This document shows, piece after piece, positions 40,012 to 50,506 of a DNA stretch of 60,973 bases (the stretch's first letter is position 1; the number at the start of each line of letters is the position of its first letter). Under the pieces are notes generated by a model. It had not been told where the DNA came from. It saw only the letters and a list, made by a program, of their open reading frames with translations, and searched no databases. The DNA is from Verrucomicrobiota bacterium (GTDB lineage Bacteria > Verrucomicrobiota > Verrucomicrobiia > Opitutales > Seribacteraceae), in the NCBI GenBank assembly GCA_027622665.1, contig JAQBYT010000021.1, positions 1 through 60,973 on the forward strand. The letters run 5' to 3'. The position numbers and the translations under genes are program-made.

Positions 40012-40257
40012 GTGAAGATGAGTGAAGACCCTATCGTTGCTTCCAAGACCCCCGCCGTCCTCAAGTTGGAACCTGGCGAATACTGGTGGTGTTCTTGCGG
40101 TCGTTCCGCGAAACAACCTTTTTGCGACGGATCTCACAAGGGTACTCGTTTTTCCCCCGAAAAAGTCGAGATTACCGAAACTCGCAACATTGCCCTGTGC
40201 AACTGCAAGCATTCCTTGCAAGGTGCCCTCTGCGATGGGTCGCATTCAAGCCTCTGA
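40012..40257 (+). CDS. CDGSH iron-sulfur domain protein (two motifs)
   Basis: WCSCGRSAKQPFCDGSH and LCNCKHS..ALCDGSH. Confidence 0.95.
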   Translation: MKMSEDPIVASKTPAVLKLEPGEYWWCSCGRSAKQPFCDGSHKGTRFSPEKVEITETRNIALCNCKHSLQGALCDGSHSSL

Positions 40258-40386
40258 TTCGGATCTAACCCGGCGGGAGAATCCGGCCCTCAATCAGATC
40301 AATCCTGCCAAGGGTCTGGAACCTGTTTTGCTCCCTGTCTCGTCCGTTGGAATCTTGTTGTACAAGTTAGACGGAACGTTCGCAGG

Positions 40387-41223
40387 TTAGGGCGACTTGA
40401 GCATGGCCCGCAGGCGGGCTTGCGGACTGTTCCCTGCGATTGCCTTGTCGCCTTCCCACAAGCCCGAGAATATAATGAAACCTTGTGCTGAAAAATGCGT
40501 GCCGTATCCGTAGGGTTTCCCCTGTTTGAATTCTCCGAAGAACCGCTCGCCGTCCGGTGATTGTATACGACCATAACCGTGAGGAAGCCCGTCTTTTAAA
40601 TCACCAAAGTATTTGTGCTCGTTTTGAAAAAGATATTCGCCCCGTTTCTTGGTAGGAGAGGGTGGGGTGGGGCTGCGTTCCTTGAGATGCAGGATTTCCC
40701 CTTTTATTTCCTTCAATCTTTCATGGGCGAGTGCCAAGGTCTCTTCCGACATCCCCTCGGCCAGTCGGTCTCGTCGTTCCGTCCATGCAGTTTCCCCGTT
40801 CTCCACGGCTAGGGCGTACCATGCGTGAGCCAGTACTTCATCAGTATTGTTTTCCTCGTCCACTGAGATCAAATCACCCAGTTTTGCCATGGCAGTCGCA
40901 CACCCTCTTAAGGCGGCATTTTCGTACCAGAATTTCGCTAACTCTAGATTCAGAGGTGTTCCTCGGCCGGTGGCGTAAGCCTTGGCGACATAATGACAAG
41001 CCGAAGGTGCTCCCGCCTTTGCAGCCTTCTCAAACCAAAAGAAAGCTTCAGCAAGGTTTTCATTGGCTGAGGAGTAATGGAAGCCCAAGCGAAATTGTGA
41101 GCTCGGATCTCCCCTTAAAGCCTTCAGTTTGATTTTGCCAAGATCGTTTAGATCGTTCGCATTTACTGCAGTGACAGCTATTGATACGACGAACCAGAGG
41201 AAGACCAGTAAAAATTTAGTCAC
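40387..41223 (-). CDS. Secreted Sel1-repeat plus MORN-repeat protein
   Basis: Signal peptide; AFFWFEKAA, AKFWYENAA and AHAWY Sel1 units; YFGDLKDGLPHGYG and FFGEFKQGKPYGYG MORN units. Confidence 0.85.
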   Translation of the reverse strand: MTKFLLVFLWFVVSIAVTAVNANDLNDLGKIKLKALRGDPSSQFRLGFHYSSANENLAEAFFWFEKAAKAGAPSACHYVAKAYATGRGTPLNLELAKFWYENAALRGCATAMAKLGDLISVDEENNTDEVLAHAWYALAVENGETAWTERRDRLAEGMSEETLALAHERLKEIKGEILHLKERSPTPPSPTKKRGEYLFQNEHKYFGDLKDGLPHGYGRIQSPDGERFFGEFKQGKPYGYGTHFSAQGFIIFSGLWEGDKAIAGNSPQARLRAMLKSP

Positions 41224-42059
41224 TCTTTGCTTTCCCGCCCGAAAAGTCTTCCGAAAAACCCTTTACTTTGGGTTGGGGATTTACCTTTTGACGGTTTTTT
41301 CTCTCTGCTAAAACCCTCCCCCCCCTCGAAAACCCACAATTGCACCTTGTCTTTCGTGGGGGCGTTCCCGATCAAGGCGTCGTATTTCCCCTTTAGCTTT
41401 AACTCCTGCGAGTAAATGGCCAGTCCAATACGTTCAAAAGTGGGCAGGGGATCGGGAAAAGAGTTTATTAGAAGACTCGAACGTAGCATAAGCATGAGAT
41501 CAATGTCGTAGGCATCACCGAAATTAGATGGGTTATCTACGACAAACAACAACTGCCCGGCTCTGGCTTCCTTTTTTCCATCTTTAGCGGTGCTGAAATA
41601 TCCTTTGGCTTCCAAGGGTATCAACTTGAAACCTCCGTTTCCAGTGGTTTCAAGAATGATCGTTCCTCTTCCTTCGAAGGTGGCGGATGACTGGAGGGAT
41701 GAGAAGCGAACGGTGGTGGGGACGGTGGAGCAAAAAAGAAGGCTTCCGGAGTGAATCCAGTATGAACCGCTTTCCTCCTCCTTGGCCACTGTGTTGGCTC
41801 CGAGGCGAAGGATTGTATTCCCTTCGTGGATTTCAGTCCTGGAACCTCTTCCCGTGCAAACTATCCGCTTGGGAGCAATAGTAGAGTTGATCTCCAATAG
41901 CGAAATCGACTCATCACCGGACAAAGTGGGATCGATGACCTCCACTTTGCCGCCGACATATCTCGTAGTGGCGGCATTTGAAAATGCCGCACTCAAGAGA
42001 AATGCAGTATAAAAATACTTTGGCTTTATGCTGATCAATAGATTTATGATCCTCAGCAA
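41220..42059 (-). CDS. FecR-like beta-domain exported protein
   Basis: TGRGSRTEI..GNTILRLGANT...IHSGSLL...ATFEGRGT resembles the FecR domain; start uncertain (TTG). Confidence 0.6.
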   Translation of the reverse strand: MLRIINLLISIKPKYFYTAFLLSAAFSNAATTRYVGGKVEVIDPTLSGDESISLLEINSTIAPKRIVCTGRGSRTEIHEGNTILRLGANTVAKEEESGSYWIHSGSLLFCSTVPTTVRFSSLQSSATFEGRGTIILETTGNGGFKLIPLEAKGYFSTAKDGKKEARAGQLLFVVDNPSNFGDAYDIDLMLMLRSSLLINSFPDPLPTFERIGLAIYSQELKLKGKYDALIGNAPTKDKVQLWVFEGGEGFSREKKPSKGKSPTQSKGFFGRLFGRESKE

Positions 42060-42125
42060 AAGATAAAGTGGAGGTGGGTATCATCCGTCGGACCTAAACC
42101 TAGGCCGATCTGGAGGATGAAACTT

Positions 42126-43124
42126 CTAGAAACGGGCGTTCAGCGAAAGACCGGCGCCGGCATCTACGTTTTCGAAGTCGAGATCCAATCCGGACGCTAC
42201 CCCGGAGGTGGCGCGCTTGGTGTATGCAGTCGACAGATCAAGTGTTACTGAAGATGCCAACTCGTAGGCAATTCTCAGTGATACCATGTTGGTGAGATCA
42301 TCTCGATCCTTGTTAGAGCCATCGTCGTAGACCTTATAGCTCAAGCGATACTGTGGTCCAAAAGAAAGCCTTTCACTAGGTCTCCACCTTAGTCCGTATG
42401 ATGCAGACATCTCCCAATTATCGAGGGTCCCAGCATCGGTTCCCTTTACTAAGTCGAAAGAGTCAGTAATGTGCTTGCCGACAGATGCGTCGAATATTCC
42501 GAGAGTGGAATCACTGAGCGAATATGCTTTCATCACCCCGATGCTAGGAAAGAATTCCTTGTAGTCTTCAGTATCGTTTTCTGTGCTACGATCACTGGCG
42601 TAGCTTACTCCGGCACGAGTCGACCAACCATTTCCATATTGAGCCATAAGAAGCGCGTAGGCACCGCTGGAGTTGTAATTAAATGGGGACAGTTCCCCTT
42701 TGATGTAATCATTGATTGTCCAACTGCCACCAACATAAGGGGTGATTACCGATGAATCGGTTTCTATCACACCCAAGCCCGCTCCGGCAAAGAATGTATT
42801 GGTCCACATGGCTGATTTTTGTTCGCTCGCTCCGCTAGTCATCAGAGCATTGGATCGGTAAAAGTACTTTGAGCTGTAGCCAAAGTAAGTCGATACGCCT
42901 TTTTTCTTCAGCTTGACTGGGCGTTGAGCTCCCGCATCGCTGGCTGCAGTTCCAGCAGCTTCTCCGGATGCGACGGTTCCGTTAGCGGGTTGACCAAGAT
43001 TTGCGGGAACGCCGGGGCGATCGGTCGCTTCTAGGCTACGCTTGTCTTGGGCAAAACCAACTTGAGCTACGGATAAGCCGATTGTGGCTAGTACGAGTTT
43101 ATTAAGAGTATTTAGCTGCTTCAT
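42126..43124 (-). CDS. Outer-membrane beta-barrel protein
   Basis: Signal peptide, amphipathic beta strands rich in Y/F, C-terminal GLSLNARF. Confidence 0.85.
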   Translation of the reverse strand: MKQLNTLNKLVLATIGLSVAQVGFAQDKRSLEATDRPGVPANLGQPANGTVASGEAAGTAASDAGAQRPVKLKKKGVSTYFGYSSKYFYRSNALMTSGASEQKSAMWTNTFFAGAGLGVIETDSSVITPYVGGSWTINDYIKGELSPFNYNSSGAYALLMAQYGNGWSTRAGVSYASDRSTENDTEDYKEFFPSIGVMKAYSLSDSTLGIFDASVGKHITDSFDLVKGTDAGTLDNWEMSASYGLRWRPSERLSFGPQYRLSYKVYDDGSNKDRDDLTNMVSLRIAYELASSVTLDLSTAYTKRATSGVASGLDLDFENVDAGAGLSLNARF

Positions 43125-43173
43125 GGGTAAAATTATAATTTTCAGGAATTGTATTTATCTAGTTGGACAAGCC

Positions 43174-45021
43174 TCAGAAACCACGAACCTTGATGGCGGC
43201 TTTTCCGTTGGGTAAGGTAAGTTCTGAGGAGTCCCAGTGACCAGCTGCACCGTTGAACTGACCGGCGGATTCGATGGCAGTAGCGCCGTATTTGACGTTT
43301 TGTATGAAATTAACACTGCCTACGGCTCGGTCGGTTGCGCCGAAATTCATGGAACCATCTCGACTGCGGAGCATTACATCGGAGTTCTGTGGAAAGGTGA
43401 CATTGCTGAGGTCGATGGTTATGGCGTCCATGTAAATGTCGTCCATGCCCGAGCCGAACTCAAGACCGTTGATACTGATCAGGTTGTTGGCGTAGAGATA
43501 GACATTGTCTTCAACTCCCACTTCGAATTTGGAGGTGCCATTGGTGGTGGAATAGTTTATTCCGTGGGTTTGACCTTGGTCTCCGCCATCCTTGATGGAA
43601 CCGGATCCTACGTACAGCTGATCGAGTGTACCTATTGCCAGATTACCTCCGGTCTTGATGTCCACGTTTATGAGCCGCATCGTATCATTGGAACCCAATC
43701 CCAAGTTGGAACCAGTATATGTCAGTGTGACTTTTTCGTTTTCAACATAGTCTTTGTCCTGACCTCTCAACTGTAAGTCATCAGCTGCACCAATTACTAA
43801 AGCGTGGTCCTCAACAGTGTTGGTGTTGGTGAAGGTGACGTCACCCGCGATGGTCAAATCCTTGGCTGCTCCTAGAATGGCAACCTTACGTTCCTCATTC
43901 GAGTTAGCCTTGGTAAGGACATCTGATACGTCGATCGTGGAAGTCGAACCTGAAGCTCCAACGGTAATATTGGCGCCAGGCGCCAAGGTGACGTTGCTCA
44001 TTGCGACTTGCAAAACGGTGGAATCTTGAACGCCAGAGGGTAGGGTGCGAGTCCCCAAGCTGGTCTTGAGTTGTCCGACGTGACCACTTGTATTGGAACC
44101 CAAGAAGCTAAGCAAGCTTGTCCCCATTTTTGTCGAGGAGGCAAAGTCGGTGCCAAAGAAAGCACTGGCTAGTGTGTCGGAAAGAGCTGAAGCGTCGGAA
44201 CCGATGGCTCCGTACTTACCTAAAAGGCGAATGAATTCCAATGTTTGAGGGCTTGCAGTAAGACTTGCTACTGAAACTTCCGGTATACTGTCAAAGTCGG
44301 ATGCCGAGGTGATTGTCCGGTCGGTAAGGACAGTGTTGGCAAAAGTCACGGCACTTTCCAAGTAAGTCTGAAAGTTGGTAAAATCAGTACTTCCTGCGAC
44401 AACATCACGCGTAGATTGTTTGAGATCCTCGATTGAGGTTAAGGCTAAAGCTGAATCTAAAAGTGTGTTGTCGATGCCTGTAGTTTTACCATCCAAGATA
44501 TCTTTAAGGTCGTAACCAGATTTAATGTCCTTGGAGAGCTTGTCGAGATAATCGGAGTCGCCCCCTTCTTTAGCTTCCTTTGATGCCTTTGCCGTCTTTT
44601 CAGCATCATCTATATCGAGCCCAAGATCTAAAGTAAAAACCAAATCATCAGCTGTATAGGTTTTTGCTTCAATTGCTTTTGCAATTGATATAAGCTTAGT
44701 TATGCTTCCTCCAGCCGACGCTATTTTTATTAAATCACTAATTTTAATTGATTTGGCGCTCTGGAAATTTAATCCAGCCCTTACCAGAGTGACTACAGGG
44801 TTACTTTCACTCGATCCCGATGCTGCTGCTGCTGGTTGAGCCGAACCGCCCGAAGTTACGGCAGCCTCGGCAGCAGAACCACCTCCGCCGGCATCTCCGC
44901 CTGCATCGTCACCTCCGCCTGCATCGTCACCTTCTTGACCCCAAAGGGCGATGCCAGGCAAAGCCAACGCTAAGAATGAAAGGATGAACCATTTTTTAAA
45001 TGTGTCTAGTGGGTTCTTCAT
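43174..45021 (-). CDS. Secreted/surface protein with low-complexity N-terminus and beta-rich (beta-solenoid-like) C-terminal half
   Basis: Signal peptide, GDDAGG repeats, G/T/N/S-rich C-terminal region, no Cys. Confidence 0.8.
   Translation of the reverse strand: MKNPLDTFKKWFILSFLALALPGIALWGQEGDDAGGGDDAGGDAGGGGSAAEAAVTSGGSAQPAAAASGSSESNPVVTLVRAGLNFQSAKSIKISDLIKIASAGGSITKLISIAKAIEAKTYTADDLVFTLDLGLDIDDAEKTAKASKEAKEGGDSDYLDKLSKDIKSGYDLKDILDGKTTGIDNTLLDSALALTSIEDLKQSTRDVVAGSTDFTNFQTYLESAVTFANTVLTDRTITSASDFDSIPEVSVASLTASPQTLEFIRLLGKYGAIGSDASALSDTLASAFFGTDFASSTKMGTSLLSFLGSNTSGHVGQLKTSLGTRTLPSGVQDSTVLQVAMSNVTLAPGANITVGASGSTSTIDVSDVLTKANSNEERKVAILGAAKDLTIAGDVTFTNTNTVEDHALVIGAADDLQLRGQDKDYVENEKVTLTYTGSNLGLGSNDTMRLINVDIKTGGNLAIGTLDQLYVGSGSIKDGGDQGQTHGINYSTTNGTSKFEVGVEDNVYLYANNLISINGLEFGSGMDDIYMDAITIDLSNVTFPQNSDVMLRSRDGSMNFGATDRAVGSVNFIQNVKYGATAIESAGQFNGAAGHWDSSELTLPNGKAAIKVRGF
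44895..44930. repeat. 18-bp tandem repeat x2 encoding GDDAGG, plus a partial copy
   Basis: CTCCGCCTGCATCGTCAC at 44895-44912 and 44913-44930. Confidence 0.9.
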
Positions 45022-45168
45022 AACCGTAATAGGGATCGGAATTTATAGTTTGTTTTATAGGGGTTGGAAAAGAATGGTCGAAAAGTGACTGGCAAATGAT
45101 CTGTGCGCAAGCTTTTTTTAGGTTTTTTTGGCAATGATCTTGTGGGGTGGTGTACTGAAATGGTGGCT

Positions 45169-45255
45169 TGGTGCCGAGGGCGGGACTTGAACCCGCACGT
45201 CCTTGCGGACACTAGGTTCTGAGCCTAGCGCGTCTACCAATTCCGCCACCCCGGC
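45169..45255 (-). tRNA. tRNA-Leu(CAG)
   Basis: Reverse complement GCCGGGGTGGCGGAATTGGTAGACGCG-CTAGG CT CAG AA CCTAG, long variable arm, GTTCAAGTC...CGGCACCA. Confidence 0.97.
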
Positions 45256-45329
45256 ATAGAGTAAATTGGAGAAAATGAAGATTTTGTGGGCTATGGTCGA
45301 GCAAAAAGCTAGGAGGAGCTGAGCGGTTC

Positions 45330-45992
45330 TCAAAATGGTAGGGGGATTCGCTTGGCTCTTTCTCCTGAGGGGAGGCGTTCAAGGTATGGGTCGGTTAGGT
45401 CGGAGTCTAGGTCTTCCTCGAGATCGAACACCTGGGAAATACGTCTAGGGGTGAGGTCGAGTATTATTGCAGGGTTGGCGATACGGTCTTTGCGAACGTT
45501 CTCGACGAGGAATGGCATTCGCATGGATTCGTAACGCACCTTGAACTCCTCAATTAACTTGCGATTTACTCCTTCTCGGCGATTTAGTAGTGCGATGTCG
45601 GCGAAGTGTGCGCAGGCGTCGTGCCACTCTTGCAACCGGGGTGAGATTTTCTCTAATAGTCCGCAGTGGACGACGAAGAGAATGCGAGCGAGAGTTATTC
45701 CCTCATCTGCGTCGAGGAGGTCGAGCGAGGCTTCGATTTGTTCGGCGAGATCAAGGTAGGGCGAAAATATCAGGAATTGGTGGGTGGCTTGTGATTCGTT
45801 TGTTTCCTCGGGAATCTGGAAGGTGTCGTTTTCCCAATGCCATGAGGTGAATCCTTTCATGTCGTGAGATTCCTCGTTGGTGTGGGTGAGGGCGGATTCT
45901 TTATCTGTGAGTCCTCCATCGATTAAATCTTGAACGATGGCTCGGCGACCCGAGTCGGGAGCCCCGAGTACGAGGTAGAGGAGGCGTTGCAC
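45330..45992 (-). CDS. Hypothetical protein, degenerate P-loop (CobW-like) fold
   Basis: YLVLGAPDSGRR Walker-A-like and ADIALLNRRE G4-like segments. Confidence 0.6.
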   Translation of the reverse strand: MQRLLYLVLGAPDSGRRAIVQDLIDGGLTDKESALTHTNEESHDMKGFTSWHWENDTFQIPEETNESQATHQFLIFSPYLDLAEQIEASLDLLDADEGITLARILFVVHCGLLEKISPRLQEWHDACAHFADIALLNRREGVNRKLIEEFKVRYESMRMPFLVENVRKDRIANPAIILDLTPRRISQVFDLEEDLDSDLTDPYLERLPSGERAKRIPLPF

Positions 45993-46003
45993 TTATATTG
46001 GCC

Positions 46004-47092
46004 TTAAAACGAGAAGGTTTCGCATTGGGCGGCGTGGCGCATGCGATGGTCGATCAGCACGAGTGCGGTCATGGCTTCGACGATGGGGACTGCTCGGGGG
46101 AGGACACATGGGTCGTGACGTCCACGCCCGATAAGTTTCGTTTCGTTGCCATCGACGTCTACGGTGTCTTGGGACTGGAGCACGGTGGCGGTGGGTTTGA
46201 AGGCAATGCGGAAATAGAGTTCCTCTCCGTTGCTGATTCCACCTTGGACGCCGCCAGATCGATTCGTTTTGGTGCGTATGAGGCCCTTGCGGTTTTCGAA
46301 GGCGTCGTTGTGTTCGGATCCCTTGAGCAAGGTGCCCGCGAATCCGCTGCCGACCTCAAAGCCCTTTGTTGCGGGAAGCGAGAGCATGGCTTTGGCGAGA
46401 TCGGCTTCGAGACGGTCGAAGACAGGGGCGCCGAGTCCCGTGGGCATTCCTTGAACGCGACAGCGTATCAAGCCACCGACGGAGTCTCCCGCTTTTTTGA
46501 GGTCCAAGATGTGGGCCACCATCTTTTGGGCTGTTTTGGGATGCGGGCAACGCACGGGTGAGGCGTCCACTTCTTCCAAAGTGGGAAACTTTTCGATCTC
46601 AGGCGCTTCGATTTCGTGTACCCGCTCGACATAGGCTCGAATCGCGATGCCGGTCGAGATCAGAATCTTCTTGGCGATTGCCCCTGCAGCAACGCGCCCG
46701 ATGGTCTCACGGGCAGACGAACGCCCTCCGCCCTCGTGGTTGCGAATGCCGAATTTCTCTTGGTAGGTGAAGTCGGCGTGCGAAGGACGAAACTTTTCTT
46801 TCATCTCGTCGTAGGCTTGCGGGCGGGCATCCTCGTTCCTTACTAGCATGGCAATGGGGGTGCCGAGGGTTACTTCCTCGAACACGCCTGAAAGGATTTC
46901 GACTTGATCGCTCTCTTTGCGAGGGGTGGTGATCTTGCTTTGCCCGGGGCGTCGTCGCTCCAAGTCGACTTGAATGTCTGCAGCCTTTAGCGGTAGTCCG
47001 GGCGGGCAGCCATCGACGACAACGCCGATGCCGCCACCATGGCTTTCGCCCCAAGTCGAAATTCGAAAAAGTGTACCGAAAGAATTGCCCAC
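46004..47092 (-). CDS. aroC: Chorismate synthase
   Basis: [44 protein letters not shown] start at 47092. Confidence 0.97.
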   Translation of the reverse strand: MGNSFGTLFRISTWGESHGGGIGVVVDGCPPGLPLKAADIQVDLERRRPGQSKITTPRKESDQVEILSGVFEEVTLGTPIAMLVRNEDARPQAYDEMKEKFRPSHADFTYQEKFGIRNHEGGGRSSARETIGRVAAGAIAKKILISTGIAIRAYVERVHEIEAPEIEKFPTLEEVDASPVRCPHPKTAQKMVAHILDLKKAGDSVGGLIRCRVQGMPTGLGAPVFDRLEADLAKAMLSLPATKGFEVGSGFAGTLLKGSEHNDAFENRKGLIRTKTNRSGGVQGGISNGEELYFRIAFKPTATVLQSQDTVDVDGNETKLIGRGRHDPCVLPRAVPIVEAMTALVLIDHRMRHAAQCETFSF

Positions 47093-47219
47093 GCCATTAG
47101 AGAGTGAAAATGAGGGCGAAAAGGCAAAGCGAAAAATCGCCGAGAATTTCCGGGACAGGTTTTGCACCTAAGAAAAATGTTTGCTTCGAGTGCCAAAATT
47201 TTAGATAAAGGCAACTAAA

Positions 47220-47314
47220 GGTCGGGTCCCATGCGACTACGGACTAACGAACCCCGTCAGGCCCGGAAGGGAGCAGCGGAAGTTTCGTTTGTGTGCGCTG
47301 TGGGGTGCCTGGCC
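47220..47314 (+). ncRNA. ffs: Signal recognition particle small RNA (4.5S)
   Basis: Helix-8 core GAACCCCGTCAGGCCCGGAAGGGAGCAGCGG; 5'/3' ends pair; T-run after; classic position upstream of dnaX. Confidence 0.93.
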
Positions 47315-47431
47315 TTTTTTTGTGCTCGGATTTGGCGATTTTTTTTGCTTTCCGGCTTCCGACGATTGAATAAGTTGCGGTTTCGCTTGCGTGCGTTGCT
47401 GTTGGTCGCAATTAGTCGCTAGACAATATTC

Positions 47432-49009
47432 ATGGCAGAAAAAGGTTATCAAGTCATTGCCCGTCGGTGGCGTCCAAAGCAGTTTTCTGAACTTGTGGGG
47501 CAGGATCACGTGGTGCGGACCTTGGGCAATGCCATCGAGATGGGGCGTATTGCCCATGGCTATTTATTCGTTGGACCTCGTGGCACCGGCAAGACCACCA
47601 CTGCTCGACTCTTTGCCAAATCCCTGAACTGGGAGGATGGACCCTCTCTTGAAGTTCCCGAGGATTCGGAACTCGGGCAAGCCATTATGGACGGGAGATG
47701 TCTCGACGTCATTGAGATAGACGGCGCTTCCAACAATTCCGTGGATCAAGTTAGAGACCTGCGAGACGAATGCCAGTACGCTCCCGCTCAGTGCCGCTAC
47801 AAGATATACATTATCGACGAGGTGCATATGCTAAGCCAGCAGGCTTTCAATGCCTTGCTCAAGACGTTAGAGGAACCTCCGCCGCACGTTAAGTTCGTAT
47901 TTGCGACCACCGAGGCGCGCAAGGTACTTCCCACGATCGTCTCCCGTTGCCAGCGATTCGAGTTTCGTTCCATTCCCGCGGATTTGATCTCGGGTAAACT
48001 TCGTGAGATTTGCGACACCGAAAAAGTCGAGGTGGAAGACGCCGCTCTCGCAACCATTTCTCGAATGGCTATGGGCGGCATGCGAGACGGGCAGAGCATT
48101 TTAGATCAAATGATCTCCTTTTGTGGGATGAAAATTTTGCAGACCGACGTGCTCGAGGTTTACGGACTGGCCTCTCCGGAGCAAATTGTCGAACTGGCTC
48201 GAGCGCTGAGCCGGGCTGACTTTTCTGCCATTCTGAAGTCTGCGGATGCTTTTGCGGACGAAGGAATTGATCTGTACCGGGCCTTACAGGATCTTCAGGA
48301 GCATATGCGTTCCGGTTTGGTTGCTTGTATTCGTGGGGACTCTGATAGCCTTGAGCTTTCCTCCGAGCAGTATGCCCGAATTTTGGATGCTTTGCGAGCG
48401 GGTGAGGAATCCGTTCGTTCCGGACTTTCCGACAAGGCTAATTTCGAGGTCACTCTCTTTCGAGGAGTGGAAGCATGCAGATCGCGGGCCATCGATTCGG
48501 TGATTCGTGAAATCTCGGGTATGGTTCCGCCTTCCGAATCCAAAAAAAAAACTGAATCGGTAACTCCAGCTCAGCAAATACCAGCTTCTGCCGTCGAGGA
48601 GAAACCCGAGGTCGCGGAATCTGAAGCCGAACTTGAGCCCGCACCTGAAGTCGATCCCAAACTTGAAACTACGGCTGAGACGGAAACCGTAGTCAAACCT
48701 GAATCCATCGAGACTCTGCCCAAGGTGGTTCTCGACGCTGAGGATGCGGAGGGACTTCTCCCGGCTCAGATGGTTCAGGAAGAACAGGAACCGATTAGGC
48801 TAGCTGCCAGTTCCGCTCCCAGTCCGGTGACAGTCGACGATGATTGTGAGAGCGGGAAATCCAAGTTGCCTGATTCTCAAGTCGTCGATGAGGCAAAGAT
48901 CGCCGAGCGGGTAAAAACCTTGCCTGAGACTACTCGTAAGATTTTCGAGGAGGATTTTCGCGGAACTTACGTTGCGATTGAGAGAATTGACCACGACAAG
49001 TTGATCTAG
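47432..49009 (+). CDS. dnaX: DNA polymerase III subunit gamma/tau
   Basis: [39 protein letters not shown]. Confidence 0.97.
   Translation: MAEKGYQVIARRWRPKQFSELVGQDHVVRTLGNAIEMGRIAHGYLFVGPRGTGKTTTARLFAKSLNWEDGPSLEVPEDSELGQAIMDGRCLDVIEIDGASNNSVDQVRDLRDECQYAPAQCRYKIYIIDEVHMLSQQAFNALLKTLEEPPPHVKFVFATTEARKVLPTIVSRCQRFEFRSIPADLISGKLREICDTEKVEVEDAALATISRMAMGGMRDGQSILDQMISFCGMKILQTDVLEVYGLASPEQIVELARALSRADFSAILKSADAFADEGIDLYRALQDLQEHMRSGLVACIRGDSDSLELSSEQYARILDALRAGEESVRSGLSDKANFEVTLFRGVEACRSRAIDSVIREISGMVPPSESKKKTESVTPAQQIPASAVEEKPEVAESEAELEPAPEVDPKLETTAETETVVKPESIETLPKVVLDAEDAEGLLPAQMVQEEQEPIRLAASSAPSPVTVDDDCESGKSKLPDSQVVDEAKIAERVKTLPETTRKIFEEDFRGTYVAIERIDHDKLI
48542..48563 (+). other. A10 slippery run in dnaX with early stops in both shifted frames
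   Basis: TCC AAA AAA AAA ACT GAA TCG GTA; -1 frame TGA at 48553-48555, +1 frame TAA at 48561-48563. Confidence 0.75.
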
Positions 49010-50496
49010 TTCGCTTTCCGATAGAGAGACAGGTAACGAGATTCCAAGTATTGCAATAGGCATCGAGGACCAAGAGAGTCGCCTGTCGCATCTTCAGTAA
49101 GTTCCAGCAAGTTCATGCGCCTGCCATGCCGATGCACCTTAAGTTGTAACCAAGACAAGAATTTCGATGGATCGTCCGGATCTGGCACATCTTCTTCCAC
49201 TGCCTTATCCCAAAGCTGGGCCGCCAGCAAATTTCCTAGACAGTAACTTGGGAAATAACCGAATGCTCCACCCGACCAGTGAACGTCTTGCAGGACGCCT
49301 TCCGAATCGCCGGTCGGTTGAAGTCCGAGAAGTTTTACCGCCTTTTCGCTCCACGCTCCCGGAAGATCTTCCACTTTAAGATCGCCTGCAAAAAGGGCTT
49401 GTTCCAACTCGAAGCGAAGAATTACGTGCAAGTTGTAGGTTACCTCGTCGGCGTCGACTCGGATGGGGTTTCTGGAAACCTTGTTGACGGCGAGGAACAG
49501 TTGCTCCGAAGAGATGTCCGCCAAAGGTTCGGGGAATAGTTCGCGAAAGCGAGGTTCCCACCTATTCCAAAAAGCAGGCGAACGTCCCACTTGGTTTTCC
49601 CATATTCTGCTTTGCGACTCATGCACGCCCATGCCGGCGGCCTCCGCGAGTGGCGTACCTAGCCATTTGTGGGGCAATCCTTGTTCGTAAAGACCGTGAC
49701 CGGCCTCGTGTATGGCAGAGAAGAGAGAATCCAGCGGGTTTTCCGAATCGTAGCGGGTGGTGAGTCGCGTGTCGGATCCGTTTCCGGAGCAAAAGGGGTG
49801 CACGGCGACGTCTATTCGGCCTCTCGTGAAATCGAATCCCAGGCTTTCCACTACCTCTCGGAGAAATGTTTCTTGTTTGTCTTTCGGAAATCCTTTCAGC
49901 TCTGGAATCGTCGCCTCTTCGGATAAGGAGAGGATTTGCTCGGCGAGTGGAACGAGTCCAATTTGCAATTCATCGAAAAGCTTGCCGATGCCACAGGCAT
50001 CCATGCCGGGGTCATGCTTGTCCAAATGGTAGTCGTATGGATTTTCGCCATATCCGATGTAGGCAGCTTCCTCTTGGGCGAATTGCATGGTTTTCTCAAG
50101 CGCGGGGGCAAATGCAGTAAAGTCGTTTTTCTCGCGAGCACTCTTCCATACGTGATACGTCGAACTTTCATGAGACGCTTTTCGGGCTACGAAATCGTTT
50201 GGTAGCTTTTGAGCTCGGTCGAGGTCGCGACGAACTTCACGAAGAATAATTTTGAGGTCTTTGTCCGGTTCGTCCGTCTCGTCTTCCAGTCGTTTCAGCA
50301 AATCACTAAAAGCGGATCCTGTGAATTCACGATGAACCAGTTCAGCCAAGGCCGAGCTTTGAGCCGCCCTTTGCGAGGCAGGAGCTTCTCCGGAGGGCAA
50401 GTTCACCTGCTCGTCCCAACCTAGAATCGAGCTTACTTGAGATAGACTGTCGATTCGACTAAGCTCGTTAATAAAGGTTTCTCTTAAAGCGGTCAC
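49006..50496 (-). CDS. Carboxypeptidase, M32 (Taq) family
   Basis: LGWD, HPF, TRLTTRY, HEAGH, HESQSR, IRVDADE, QDVHW, GYFPSY; likely GTG start at 50496. Confidence 0.94.
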   Translation of the reverse strand: MTALRETFINELSRIDSLSQVSSILGWDEQVNLPSGEAPASQRAAQSSALAELVHREFTGSAFSDLLKRLEDETDEPDKDLKIILREVRRDLDRAQKLPNDFVARKASHESSTYHVWKSAREKNDFTAFAPALEKTMQFAQEEAAYIGYGENPYDYHLDKHDPGMDACGIGKLFDELQIGLVPLAEQILSLSEEATIPELKGFPKDKQETFLREVVESLGFDFTRGRIDVAVHPFCSGNGSDTRLTTRYDSENPLDSLFSAIHEAGHGLYEQGLPHKWLGTPLAEAAGMGVHESQSRIWENQVGRSPAFWNRWEPRFRELFPEPLADISSEQLFLAVNKVSRNPIRVDADEVTYNLHVILRFELEQALFAGDLKVEDLPGAWSEKAVKLLGLQPTGDSEGVLQDVHWSGGAFGYFPSYCLGNLLAAQLWDKAVEEDVPDPDDPSKFLSWLQLKVHRHGRRMNLLELTEDATGDSLGPRCLLQYLESRYLSLYRKAN

Positions 50497-50506
50497 GGCG
50501 AGTGTG

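Noticed and set aside
40387..45255. Integrative element at the 3' end of tRNA-Leu (likewise tRNA-Pro)
   Set aside because: No integrase, and no duplicated tRNA 3' end found by eye
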